Shown here piece after piece: positions 43,797 to 56,328 of a stretch of 64,000 nucleotides of DNA (position 1 is its first letter; each line of letters begins with the position of its first letter). The stretch is from Pachysolen tannophilus NRRL Y-2460. Its lineage: Eukaryota. The position numbers and the translations under genes were made by a program. Location of the stretch: assembly GCA_001661245.1 (NCBI GenBank), contig KV454016.1:730648-794647 (forward strand), given 5' to 3'. Under the pieces are notes generated by a model. The model did no database searches. It worked only from the letters and a program-made list of their open reading frames with translations, and was not told the origin of the DNA.

Positions 43797-45386
43797 ATGT
43801 CTACTTTTACTAATTCAATTGCGTTGTCATCGAATGATGCTGTTGTAGTTCCAAATGGGCCTTCGATTACTTATAGGCACTTATCATCAATTGTGGGACA
43901 TTTACAAACTTTTTTAAATAATCCAACTTCTCCATTGTACAAGACTGCATTACCACAAAATGCTATTGCTATATCTTTACCAAATGGGTTAGAATTTGTT
44001 TCAGTTTTTTTAGCTATTACCACTGCTGCAAGAATTGCTGCTCCTTTGAACCCTGCTTATAAGAAATCTGAGTTGGATTTTTATCTTGGTGATTTAAATG
44101 CAAGGGCAATTATTGTTTCTAAAGGTGTTGTTACTCAAAATTTGAATAATGAATTATTATTATCAGCAAAGGAAAATAAAGTTAAGTTGATAGAAGTTTG
44201 GTATGATGATCAAAGAAAACGTGTTGAGTATGAAATTTTTGATGAAAATTCTTTGAAATCGTTGTATAAGTCATTGAATCAACCTGTCTTGATCAATTAT
44301 TCTTCATTGATTCCAGGAACCGCAAAGTCAGGTGATATTGCTTTAATTATTCATACTTCAGGTACTACAGGTAGACCAAAGGCTGTTCCATTGACTCATA
44401 AAAATATAACTAAATCAATGGCAAACATTAGTAAAACTTTCAAATTGACTTCTGCTGATAAGACTTATCTTGTGATGCCTCTTTTCCATGTCCATGGTCT
44501 CATAGGTGCATTATTATCTACTTTATCAACTGGTGGTACAGCAATTATTCCTCCTAGATTTTCTGCAAAAGTCTTTTGGTCGGATTTTGTCAAATATGGT
44601 GCAAATTGGTATACCGCTGTTCCAACAATTCATTTAATTTTATTAAATGTTGCAAAACCAGATCCTCTACCTAAATTAAGGTTTATTAGATCTTGTTCAT
44701 CTGCATTGGCACCAGATACATTTTCTCAATTGGAAAAAGTTTTCCATGCTCCTGTCATTGAAAGTTATGGTTCAAGTGAATCTTCACATTGTATGACTGC
44801 AAATAATTTGCCTCCAGGTGATAGAAGACCAGGTACAGTTGGTGTTGGTCAAGGAGTTGAAGTAGCCATATTAGACGATCTGGGTAATAAATTGTCACCA
44901 GGTAGTATTGGTGAAGTTGGTGTTAGAGGTGAAAATATTATGAATGGTTATTTGAACAATGAAAAGGCAAACAAGGAAAGTTTTACTTCCGATGGATTTT
45001 TCAGAACTGGTGACCAAGGTTATCAGGATAAGAAAGATGGATTTTTAACATTAACAGGAAGAATCAAAGAGCTCATCAATAGAGGTGGTGAAAAGATTTC
45101 CCCAATTGAATTGGATGGTGTTATGCATTCGCATCCTGAAGTCAGTGAAGCTGTTGCGTTTGGGGTTCCTGATAAGAAATATGGTGAAGCGGTTAATGCT
45201 GCTGTTGTCTTGAAACTGGGTAGTCATTTGACTGAAAAGGAACTACAGGCCTGGTTAAGTGACAAATTAGCAAAGATGAAAGTTCCTGAAAAGATATTCA
45301 TTACTGATAAGTTACCAAAGACTGCTACCGGTAAGATTCAAAGAAGAATTATTGCTAAAGTATTTACATCTAAAAGTAAATTGTAA
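43797..45386 (+). CDS. PCS60: Peroxisomal acyl-/oxalyl-CoA synthetase Pcs60
   Basis: HTSGTTGRPK, MPLFHVHGL, FIRSCSSAL, FFRTGDQG, GRIKELINRGGEKISP, LPKTATGKIQR; C-terminal PTS1 SKL; adjacent to PDB1. Confidence 0.92.
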   Translation: MSTFTNSIALSSNDAVVVPNGPSITYRHLSSIVGHLQTFLNNPTSPLYKTALPQNAIAISLPNGLEFVSVFLAITTAARIAAPLNPAYKKSELDFYLGDLNARAIIVSKGVVTQNLNNELLLSAKENKVKLIEVWYDDQRKRVEYEIFDENSLKSLYKSLNQPVLINYSSLIPGTAKSGDIALIIHTSGTTGRPKAVPLTHKNITKSMANISKTFKLTSADKTYLVMPLFHVHGLIGALLSTLSTGGTAIIPPRFSAKVFWSDFVKYGANWYTAVPTIHLILLNVAKPDPLPKLRFIRSCSSALAPDTFSQLEKVFHAPVIESYGSSESSHCMTANNLPPGDRRPGTVGVGQGVEVAILDDLGNKLSPGSIGEVGVRGENIMNGYLNNEKANKESFTSDGFFRTGDQGYQDKKDGFLTLTGRIKELINRGGEKISPIELDGVMHSHPEVSEAVAFGVPDKKYGEAVNAAVVLKLGSHLTEKELQAWLSDKLAKMKVPEKIFITDKLPKTATGKIQRRIIAKVFTSKSKL

Positions 45387-45670
45387 ATGGATAAATATTT
45401 CATATATATATATATATGTATATATATTTTTGTCATCTTCCTTTTTGTGAAAGAGCATCTACCTAATTTTTTAAATCGTTATATATATATATTATTAACT
45501 TTTCTCATGATAAAATAAAATAAATGAAACTCTCAGAAACTCTCAGTTCTTCTTGATTGGAAAATAATTTTGAAATAAATAAAATAAAATAAAATAAAAG
45601 TTGAAGTTTTATTTACAGACAATAAAAAAAAAAAAAAAAAAAAATTTAAATCATTCAGATCATTGATTGG

Positions 45671-47497
45671 CTATTGGATTTCGGTACCTATTACATCCTT
45701 AAAGATTTGTTCTCCTGGGATCTTGGCCTTTAATCTTGCGCATAACAAATAAACACCACTTAACTTTCTATGCAAACTATATGTCTCTTCAGGCGGAGGG
45801 GTCAATCTTTCATTCAACATGGTTCCAATATTGGATCTTACTCGATCTGTAACAGTTTGGTTTCCAAAATCAAAGTTTTTACCGTGATTATCAGCTGGTG
45901 AGAAAGGTTCCCCTAAAACCAATATGGAGTCTATATGTGCTTGAGTCATTGCAGCACTTTCTAAACCTGTTAAATAACCCAATTTTTTGGAATAAAGTTC
46001 AACAAGATCACGATCTTTTAAAATTGAAGCTCTTAAACAATTGAGGTAATTTTTAATAAATTCATCGCCATAGTCTCTAGTAGCTCCAAAATCTAATAGT
46101 TCAATTTTATTTGTCTTTTCGTTGTACAAAAAATTTGCCCAATTTGGATCTGTTTGCATGAATTTGAATTTTGCAATCTCCGTCAATGATAATCTCATTA
46201 TTTGAGTAGCAATCCAATTAGCAGTATCTTGATTCCAATTACCCTTGATGACTTCTGTACCTTTCATTTCTTCCATAGTTAATACATGTTGACCACTTAA
46301 TTCATTATAAACTTTTGGAACTTTAAATACATCATCATCTTTTAACAATTCTCTAAATCTAATTAAACTTTGCGCTTCTCTTATATAATCACATTCCCAT
46401 TTTAATTCTAATCTTGCATTATCAATAGTTTTATCTAAAAATAAACCAGCAGGTAATATTCTTGAAGCAGTCAATAATAATGCCAAATTACTCAAATCAG
46501 AGTCAATACTATCGGCGACTCCTGGATATTGAACTTTAATAACTACAGGCTCTAAATTTTTAGTCACAGCTCTATGAACTTGACCTATTGAAGCTGCTGC
46601 AATTGGTACATCTTGGAAAGATGCAAAATAATTTGATCTCCAATTGTCTCCCAATTGATCTCTCATAACTTTTTCTAGTTGACCTGGAAGCATATAATGA
46701 GCACTATTTTGAACTCTTAACAAGACTTCTCTAATCCCTGGAGGTAAAACTGTAGAATCTTGGAAGGATAATAATTGTCCAATTTTTAAAGCGGCACCTC
46801 TCATTCTAGAAAATTTTTTAGCCATTCTTTCAATATTTTTTGGTGATAATATTAAAGATTGAGCCGACTCTGGTTTTGTACCAGCAGCATAGTGTTTCAA
46901 GCTTTGTTGAGCCATACCAATTCCTACACCAGCAGCTAAGGCACCATAATGGAACAATCTCTCCAACCTTGAACTTGGAACAGAAGACGATGTCATTTGA
47001 ATTTTTGTACTATTATTACTCTGATTATTATTAGAAGCATCATAATCATCATTCTTATCCCTACCATTACTACTAGTAGAATATTCTCTAACATTATCAA
47101 GATTAGAATTCTTATTCAAAGTTGGTCTCTTGGGATTATTTATTATAATACCGCTATTAGAATTAATATTCTTATCATCTTTACTTGGTACAACATTATC
47201 ATGTTTTTCAACATTTAATCTAGCAGCTTCCGATTTCACTTTAGCAGCACCAAAAATATCATCCTCCTCACCACTAACATCAAAATTCAACTTCTCATTG
47301 TCATTTCTAGCCTTTTGCGATTGAAATTGAACTTCTTCCCATAACTTATTACTCCTCTCTTCATTACGTAAAAAAGAAGAAGCCCCATAAACACCATTTA
47401 CATCTCTACTTATAACATTGCAAGCCTCGCCCATAACTTTCAATGAAGACGAGGCCAAAACCATCAAGTCATAAAATCTCCTAGAACCACCACCCAT
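45671..47497 (-). CDS. COQ8: Atypical ABC1/UbiB kinase Coq8
   Basis: VPSSRLERLFHYG, MRGAALKIGQ (KxGQ), AAASIGQVH, KVQYPGV, MQTDPNWANF, LLDFGA, PPPEETYSLHRKLSG. Confidence 0.95.
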   Translation of the reverse strand: MGGGSRRFYDLMVLASSSLKVMGEACNVISRDVNGVYGASSFLRNEERSNKLWEEVQFQSQKARNDNEKLNFDVSGEEDDIFGAAKVKSEAARLNVEKHDNVVPSKDDKNINSNSGIIINNPKRPTLNKNSNLDNVREYSTSSNGRDKNDDYDASNNNQSNNSTKIQMTSSSVPSSRLERLFHYGALAAGVGIGMAQQSLKHYAAGTKPESAQSLILSPKNIERMAKKFSRMRGAALKIGQLLSFQDSTVLPPGIREVLLRVQNSAHYMLPGQLEKVMRDQLGDNWRSNYFASFQDVPIAAASIGQVHRAVTKNLEPVVIKVQYPGVADSIDSDLSNLALLLTASRILPAGLFLDKTIDNARLELKWECDYIREAQSLIRFRELLKDDDVFKVPKVYNELSGQHVLTMEEMKGTEVIKGNWNQDTANWIATQIMRLSLTEIAKFKFMQTDPNWANFLYNEKTNKIELLDFGATRDYGDEFIKNYLNCLRASILKDRDLVELYSKKLGYLTGLESAAMTQAHIDSILVLGEPFSPADNHGKNFDFGNQTVTDRVRSNIGTMLNERLTPPPEETYSLHRKLSGVYLLCARLKAKIPGEQIFKDVIGTEIQ

Positions 47498-47627
47498 TTC
47501 TTTCAATGATATATGGTTTACCTACCCTCTTGATTAAATGATTCAAATTCAATAAAAGCTTCATCTTTTAAAACTTCAATTTTTAACTTGTATTTTTGGA
47601 AAACCTTCCGTCGTGTAAAGGGTATAT

Positions 47628-47670
47628 TGAAATTTTCACCTTTTTTTAAGAAAATTTTTAAAAGCTCATC
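47628..47670 (+). promoter_or_regulatory. RRPE- and PAC-like ribosome-biogenesis motifs upstream of PRP43
   Basis: TGAAATTTTC and GAAAATTTTT followed by GCTCATC (47664-47670), ~125 bp before the ATG. Confidence 0.55.
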
Positions 47671-47746
47671 AAGTATTCTTTAAGACAATTTGTTCAATTA
47701 TAAGTGAAAGATTGAGTTTTTTTCTTTTTGTTTTTCTAGTAGGTGA

Positions 47747-50089
<2,343 letters not shown>

Positions 50090-50797
50090 CTTTTAAGTAA
50101 CCTTTATGTATCACAAATATATATATATATATATAAAACTAATTTTTATTGTTTACATGATAACACTTTTAATCTCTACAACCTTTCTAGAGCAAGAGCT
50201 ACAGCTACAGCTACAGCCAACTAGAACTAGAACCGGTGCTCAAAAGGTCACCAAAGATCACCTAACTATTATCCATCATTATATAGTCAAAACCTCTTAT
50301 AATAATAGAAACCTCGATTTCCGTTTTAAGTAAAATTCCATCACTTACTAAATTAGGAAATTTTGTGTTTTTTTTTGCCAATTGTAGTGGCAATTAAAAC
50401 CATCATAAAAAAAGTTTTAAAAACCAAATTTAAGCGCTGATTGCAATAATATATATAAATATACAAATAAATATAAATATATATATATATTTAATTATAA
50501 TAAATTATTAATAATAAGTGATTTAGATTTGATCTTGAAAAAGTGGATATATATTTATTTTATTATCCGAAACAACTGATCATTTTAAAAAATTTTTTTT
50601 TTCTTTTTCTTTTTTTTTTGTTTTGTTTCAAGGGGAGGATCGAAAAAGAGAAGTACAAATAGACACTTTAAATAAAAAAATTTTTTTTTCATCTTGTGTT
50701 CATTAGTATATATATAATATTACTGTTAATTTTTTATTTTTTTTTTGGTTTTTCAACAAGTCATTAGGGTCATTGAAAAGTTATATACAAATAGGTG

Positions 50798-52258
50798 ATG
50801 ACAGATTTTTCTCCAGAGAGTGAACTTGGTCAGCAGTTGAAACAGATAATATGTGAAAAATTATCTCAGATAAATTTGGCAGATGATGCTTCAGATGTTG
50901 CTGATTTTGTTTTAGTTTTGATTTCGAATAATAGAACACCATCAGAGATTGTTCAAGAACTTTCAAATTTGTTTGGTGATATTATCAATGAAGAGTTTGT
51001 TCAATCTATTTTCAATGACATTATAAAATTGAAGAACGGGGCTCAGCAGCAGCAACAACTTCAGCAACAACAACAAGAGCAACAGCAGAATCAGCAGAAT
51101 CAGCAGTTGAATGAGTATATGGGAGGAGAACAACATCAACAACAGCAGAGACAACAGAAGCAGGTGGGGTTTGAGGCACAAACAGTAGATCTTCCTTCAT
51201 CGATTCCTACCCAGCCGAGAATATATTCAAATAAACAAGCGCAAGGTATTGGGAAATCATTTAATTCAAATAAGAAAAATCCAAACTTTGCTTTAAAAAA
51301 TGAAGAAAATTTCAAAAGAGCATTTGATCTATCCCTTAATGGTAACATGAATGGTCTTCCAAATGCTCCATTAAATTTTGATAGCCAAAAACTTTTCCAA
51401 CAAAAGAGAAATAATGGTAGATGTCATAAATTCCCATATTGTACTAATAAAGATTGTAAATTTAGTCACCCAACTAAACTTTGTTTTGCATTCCAAAAAG
51501 GTAATTGTCCAAATCAACCTGGAACTTGTAATTACTTACATCCAGGGGAAGATGATCTTTTAATTTCTGAAGTTCAAAATATTAAACAATTAAGTCATTT
51601 AAGAAAAGAACAAAGTGCTCAGTTTCAGGCACTGCTGCAACAGAAAATGTTGGCACAAGTTCAAAAACAAGTTCAAAAACAAATCCAAAGACAACTTCAA
51701 AATGTTACACAAAATAATGGTACAATTGGTCTTTGTAAATTTGGATCACTTTGTCAGAAAGAATTATGTCCCTTTGGACATCCAACACCTGCAAATTCAT
51801 CAGCAAAGGTTTTAGTTTTAGAATGGTGTCCAGAAAGTAAATCTTGTGTTAATGAAAATTGTGATAAAGCTCATCCTTCGCCAAATTATAAACCATCGCC
51901 AGAGGAAACTGCATCATTACAACAGCAACAGCAACAAAAATCATTAGAACAATGTAAATATGGTGCACATTGTACAAATTATAAATGTCCAAGAAGACAT
52001 GCAACTTCTCCTGTATTGTGTCGTGAAGGATCCAATTGTTCAAGGATTGATTGTTATTTTACACATCCAATAGATGAAGACTGTCGTTTTGGTACAGGAT
52101 GTAAAAATGTTAATTGTCCATATCGCCATCCTGAAGGTAGAGAAATTAACACTGGAAGTAATAAATGGGTTGCTGGACATGAAGAATCCACAAGTGAAAG
52201 ACAATTTGCTGTTCCTGATGATCAAGTCATGGAACAGGCTCCTCCACAAGAAGTTTAA
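50798..52258 (+). CDS. NAB2: Nuclear poly(A)-binding CCCH zinc-finger protein Nab2
   Basis: N-terminal PWI-like domain (VADFVLVLISN..IVQELSNLF), Q-rich linker, seven CCCH fingers (e.g. SLEQCKYGAHCTNYKCPRRH, CREGSNCSRIDCYFTHP). Confidence 0.93.
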   Translation: MTDFSPESELGQQLKQIICEKLSQINLADDASDVADFVLVLISNNRTPSEIVQELSNLFGDIINEEFVQSIFNDIIKLKNGAQQQQQLQQQQQEQQQNQQNQQLNEYMGGEQHQQQQRQQKQVGFEAQTVDLPSSIPTQPRIYSNKQAQGIGKSFNSNKKNPNFALKNEENFKRAFDLSLNGNMNGLPNAPLNFDSQKLFQQKRNNGRCHKFPYCTNKDCKFSHPTKLCFAFQKGNCPNQPGTCNYLHPGEDDLLISEVQNIKQLSHLRKEQSAQFQALLQQKMLAQVQKQVQKQIQRQLQNVTQNNGTIGLCKFGSLCQKELCPFGHPTPANSSAKVLVLEWCPESKSCVNENCDKAHPSPNYKPSPEETASLQQQQQQKSLEQCKYGAHCTNYKCPRRHATSPVLCREGSNCSRIDCYFTHPIDEDCRFGTGCKNVNCPYRHPEGREINTGSNKWVAGHEESTSERQFAVPDDQVMEQAPPQEV

Positions 52259-52555
52259 TGTTTAAAAACTGATTTTACAATTGGTTATTAATTCTTGCAA
52301 CAAGGCAAAAAGGTAAAAAAAGATTTTATTTTAATTTTACTGTGTATAGTTTAGTTTAGTTCTATATGTTTATTTCAGTTTAATTCAAATTTTTTTCTTA
52401 TCAAGGATGCTTTCCTTGATATTTAGAGGCTATACTTTTTTTTTTGCCCATGATTTGTTTTTAATAAATTGGTAAGAGACCAAATGTAGAATAATAATTA
52501 TAAATATCTTTTACTTTTTTTATGAATAATAAGAAATATATATATATATTATAAG

Positions 52556-52558
<3 letters not shown>

Positions 52559-52589
<31 letters not shown>
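52559..52589 (+). promoter_or_regulatory. A31 tract downstream of NAB2 (putative autoregulatory element)
   Basis: 31 consecutive A on the NAB2 sense strand, 301 nt after its stop; longest homopolymer I found in the window. Confidence 0.6.
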
Positions 52590-52591
<2 letters not shown>

Positions 52592-52641
52592 AAACAAAAT
52601 AAAACTGAAAGAAATTTAATTCCACAATTTTAATTTACTAT

Positions 52642-53409
52642 TTAATATCTTTTCTTACCAGCTAAAGCTTCATCAGCGTAGACATCCAATGGGTTTTGGG
52701 TTAATTCAAAATCTTTCCACAAGTTTGGAGTCAAGAAACCGTAAGTGTTACCAATAGCAACAAAAGCAGCTTTTAAAGTGTTTTCTAAAGTTCTAGTAGA
52801 ACCTGAAGAAGAAGTATAAACATCTTCAACACCAGCTAATTGCATTAATTTCTTAACAGCTGGAGAAGCAACAATACCTGAACCTCTTGGAGCTGGAATT
52901 AATCTAACAGCAACGGAACCACACTTACCGGTAACTTTAACTGGTAAAGAATGTGGAGCACCTAAACTGGAACCCCAGTAACCTCTACGGATTGGGATAA
53001 TAGATAATTTAGCAATAATGATGGCTGCTCTGATGGCGGTAGCAACTTCCTTAGCAGTCTTGATACCTAAACCAACATGACCATTTGAGTCACCAATAAC
53101 AACAATAGCCTTAAATCTAGTTCTTTGACCAGCTCTAGTTTGTTTTTGAACAGGCTTAATCTTCATAACTTGATCTTTTAATTCTGGTAAGATAGTATCA
53201 ATGATTTGGTATTCCTTGACAGGTAAAGCATGCAAGTAAATCTCTTCCATGGTGGTGATCTTACCAGCCTTAACTAATCTACCTAATTTGGTGACTGGAG
53301 TCCAACCTTTTTCTTCATTGTCTCTTCTACCACCTCTTCTGTTACCACCTCTTGGACGGCCAAAAGCTCTCTTTTGTGGAGCTGCTGCTGCTGCTTGTTC
53401 GGTTGACAT
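52642..53409 (-). CDS. RPS2: 40S ribosomal protein uS5 (S2)
   Basis: RGG-rich N-terminus; [44 protein letters not shown]. Confidence 0.98.
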   Translation of the reverse strand: MSTEQAAAAAPQKRAFGRPRGGNRRGGRRDNEEKGWTPVTKLGRLVKAGKITTMEEIYLHALPVKEYQIIDTILPELKDQVMKIKPVQKQTRAGQRTRFKAIVVIGDSNGHVGLGIKTAKEVATAIRAAIIIAKLSIIPIRRGYWGSSLGAPHSLPVKVTGKCGSVAVRLIPAPRGSGIVASPAVKKLMQLAGVEDVYTSSSGSTRTLENTLKAAFVAIGNTYGFLTPNLWKDFELTQNPLDVYADEALAGKKRY

Positions 53410-53761
53410 TTTTTTTACTTTTTCAATAAAACTTGTTGATTGCGTCGGAATGTACGTGGAAAAACGATGGTGGTGTTTTTCAATCGACGTAATATAATTA
53501 TTGACTTTTTAAAAAAAAAAAAAAAAAAAAAAAATTAGATTGATTAATTATAGCAATTTTTTAAAGGTTTTCTTTATTCACTCCTGCTGCCTGAAGGTGA
53601 AAAAAAAAAAAAATTTTCGAAAAAAAACCAAAGTAGTTAATGAAAAATCAAATTTCCTTTTTCAGACAACAAAAGACAGTCACTCTCACAGACAGTTTGT
53701 TGTAGTATTTGAAAGAACAAATAAATGTTTCGAAAAATATGGTTAAATAGCAGCAAGCCGA

Positions 53762-53780
53762 TTAGGGTTACAAGCCCTAA
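53762..53780. promoter_or_regulatory. Inverted TTAGGG pair (Tbf1-type ribosomal-protein gene element)
   Basis: TTAGGG-TTACAAG-CCCTAA ~360 bp upstream of the RPS2 ATG; a further AGCCCTAA at ~54027. Confidence 0.65.
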
Positions 53781-55102
53781 ATCCTAAGAATTTTATTATT
53801 ATACTACCATACTATTAATATTAAGAACTTTACTTCGCTATACTTAATTATTTACAAACGGTAAGTAAATACGTAAGTACACATCATAGGATAGAAGTTT
53901 AAACCATTTCCCCTCTTCTTAACTATAACTGCGAACTAAATTACAAAGTGATCCAGTTATTATTATTATTATTATTCTTAGTAGTAGTAAATAAGTAAAT
54001 AAGTGTCTTTATAAGGGTATAGTGCGAGCCCTAAACAAGAAAAGTATACAAGATCGACCCGTTTATACTATTACTTTATTGATCAGCGTCAAATAGATTA
54101 ATAAATAGATCAAGATCAACAACGTGTTTTGTATTCTATTTATCTGGTAATATATACAAATTTGGATAAATGTCACTCTATACGCTAATAAAAAAAAAAA
54201 ATAAATATAAATTTGTGTACGCTCTTCTCCACAACAAGCGTGCAACATCAAAAATCAGTACGTCAAATTAAATTTAAGAAATAAAGCGCGTCAACATAAA
54301 GTAAGTCTAAATTACAATTAAGTCATACTCTTAATCTTAATTGCCTAACCGAGCCGAAGAGTGGTTTTTTTTTCTTCTTCCTCTTCTTTTTCTTTTTTCA
54401 GCAATTAAGAAAATGTAAATATGTAAGTAAATACAAATTACTATACTACTTGTTAAACTTGTAAATTCAACCTACAAAAAAAAAAAAAAGTATTGATTGA
54501 TTTGTTACTTCTTTCTTTATCAAGAGACTTTTTTTTTTTTCTTTGACGCCTTATCGTACGATGAGCTTAGGTGCTATTGACACGATAAATTTGAATGATG
54601 AACTGATCTTCTAGTTAATTCAATACAACAAACTATAAAGCAAGTAGCGCCTAAGATAACAAGTATATATAATTAACAGTCATTCATATTTAACATAAAA
54701 TGATCATATTGATGTTTAATACAGTTATAAGAATAACTATAAATCTTTTGATTTAAATATAATTAATTCATACAACTTAAATCCCTCTTTTTTTTTTTGT
54801 TTTTTTTTTGTTTTTTTTTTCTTAAATTGCTGCAATCGCAATCTTATCATTCTTTTTTTTTTTCTCTTTCTGTCTTACGAAAAGTCTTTTGTACATTCTA
54901 ATTGGCAGTGGCAAACTTACTTAAATAGTTTAGAAAATCATCCTTTTTTATTTTAATTATTTAAATAAATAGTGAATTCAGGAGTAATTTTTTATTATTT
55001 TTTTTTAAATTGTTTAAATTTTAAAAATTGGTTCCCAAATTCATTTAAGTCTGTTCTTTTGAATTAGTGAATATTTATTTATAATTTCTTATATATACCA
55101 AG

Positions 55103-55713
55103 ATGTCATCGTAAGTTATTTCAAATATATATATATATATGTATTATGAGTGTATTGCTCTTCTATTATTAAAGGTTCAGCTTTATTAACTAATTTTTGA
55201 TAATTTTTTTTTTTTTTTTTTTTTAGATATGCCGATGCTGCAGCAAATACAAACCGTAAACTTGATTCGGCTGCTTCGAATGCTGAAGGTAACGCCAAAG
55301 TTGATCTGGATAAATTAAAAAAGAAAGCAGGTGAAACTGCTTCAGATGCAAAAAAGAAACTTTCTGATTTAGAAAAAGATGGGAAAAGTAAATTAGACGA
55401 AACTGAAGATTTTCTCAAGAAATATTACAACATATTTAGTTCTTATGTTTCTGATTTTGGTGGTAAAGTTTCAGCTAAGAGTAGTGATGTTTCTTCGAAA
55501 GCCTATAAGGAATTACAGAATCCAGCAGTCATTGGTCAAATAATTGCTACATTTGGTGCATTGGGAGCATTTTATGTGGGTTATATTGAAAGATCAAAGA
55601 TTTTTAATAGCAATCACAAATGCGTAGTTAGTGCTCACGTTGCAGTTGTTACAGGTTTCGTCTTGTTGGATGGTTTTTTATTTAACAAATATTACAACAA
55701 ATACAAGAAATAA
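55103..55713 (+). CDS. OM14: Mitochondrial outer-membrane protein Om14, two exons (55103-55110, 55227-55713), ~164 aa
   Basis: ATG TCA TC|GTAAGT...poly-T TAG|A TAT GCC; protein MSSYADAAA...AYKELQNPAVIGQ...LLDGFLFNKYYNKYKK matches the Om14 ELQNPVV and LDG....KYY..Y motifs. Branch point non-canonical (TATTAAC or AACTAAT, 55184-55194). Confidence 0.87.
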
Positions 55714-56255
55714 GATCTTGGTTTTATTTGTTTATCTAATTTTTTACGTCTATATTATTATATTTCCAATTTTTTAATGTTTTTGTTAATTGACATAAAT
55801 GGTTTTTTTTTTTTTTTTTTTTTTTATCAAGTAAAAAAAAAGAAAGATAAAGTTTACTAAAGTAGCAAGAAAGAAGTACTTATTAAGAAGTAGCAAGAAG
55901 ATTATGTATAGAATATATGTACATCTTTTTTTTTTTATATATTTTTTTCTTTTTCTCTTCATAGTTAGTTGATTCAATACATCTTCTTTATATTTTGGTT
56001 ACACTTGACAATTCAATTTTAAAAAAAAGTAATTGAAATTTTGTTTAATGAATTATTTTGGTGAAAACGGTAATTACCGTTCAGCCGATTTACTACTTTT
56101 AATTAAAAAGAACTGGGGGAACTTGGGGAACTGGGGAAAGCACAAGTATAAGTGTGAGATCCATCAGCGCACCATAATATTTACGGTTTCGCAATAAAGA
56201 TCAAAAGATAAAAAAAAATAAAAAAATATAATAATGTTTATTATTATTATGTTTT

Positions 56256-56328
56256 TGCGTGAACCGGGATTCGAACCCGAGTCCCCAGCTTGGAAGGCTA
56301 GAATGCTAAACCACTACACTATCCACGC
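56256..56328 (-). tRNA. tRNA-Gly (anticodon TCC), intronless
   Basis: GCGTGGA TA GTGT AGTGGTTTA GCAT T CTAGC CTTCCAA GCTGG GGAC TCGGG TTCGAAT CCCGG TTCACGC A forms a complete cloverleaf with A- and B-boxes. Confidence 0.96.

Noticed and set aside
53800..54760. Telomerase RNA
   Set aside because: Hairpins and a GAATG are present, but I found no convincing C-rich template with terminal redundancy, pseudoknot or Sm site.
55040..56010. U2 snRNA next to OM14 (adjacent in S. cerevisiae)
   Set aside because: Only fragments (tctgttctttt, tacacttgac) resemble U2; the invariant GATCAAGTGTAGTATCTG was not found on either strand.
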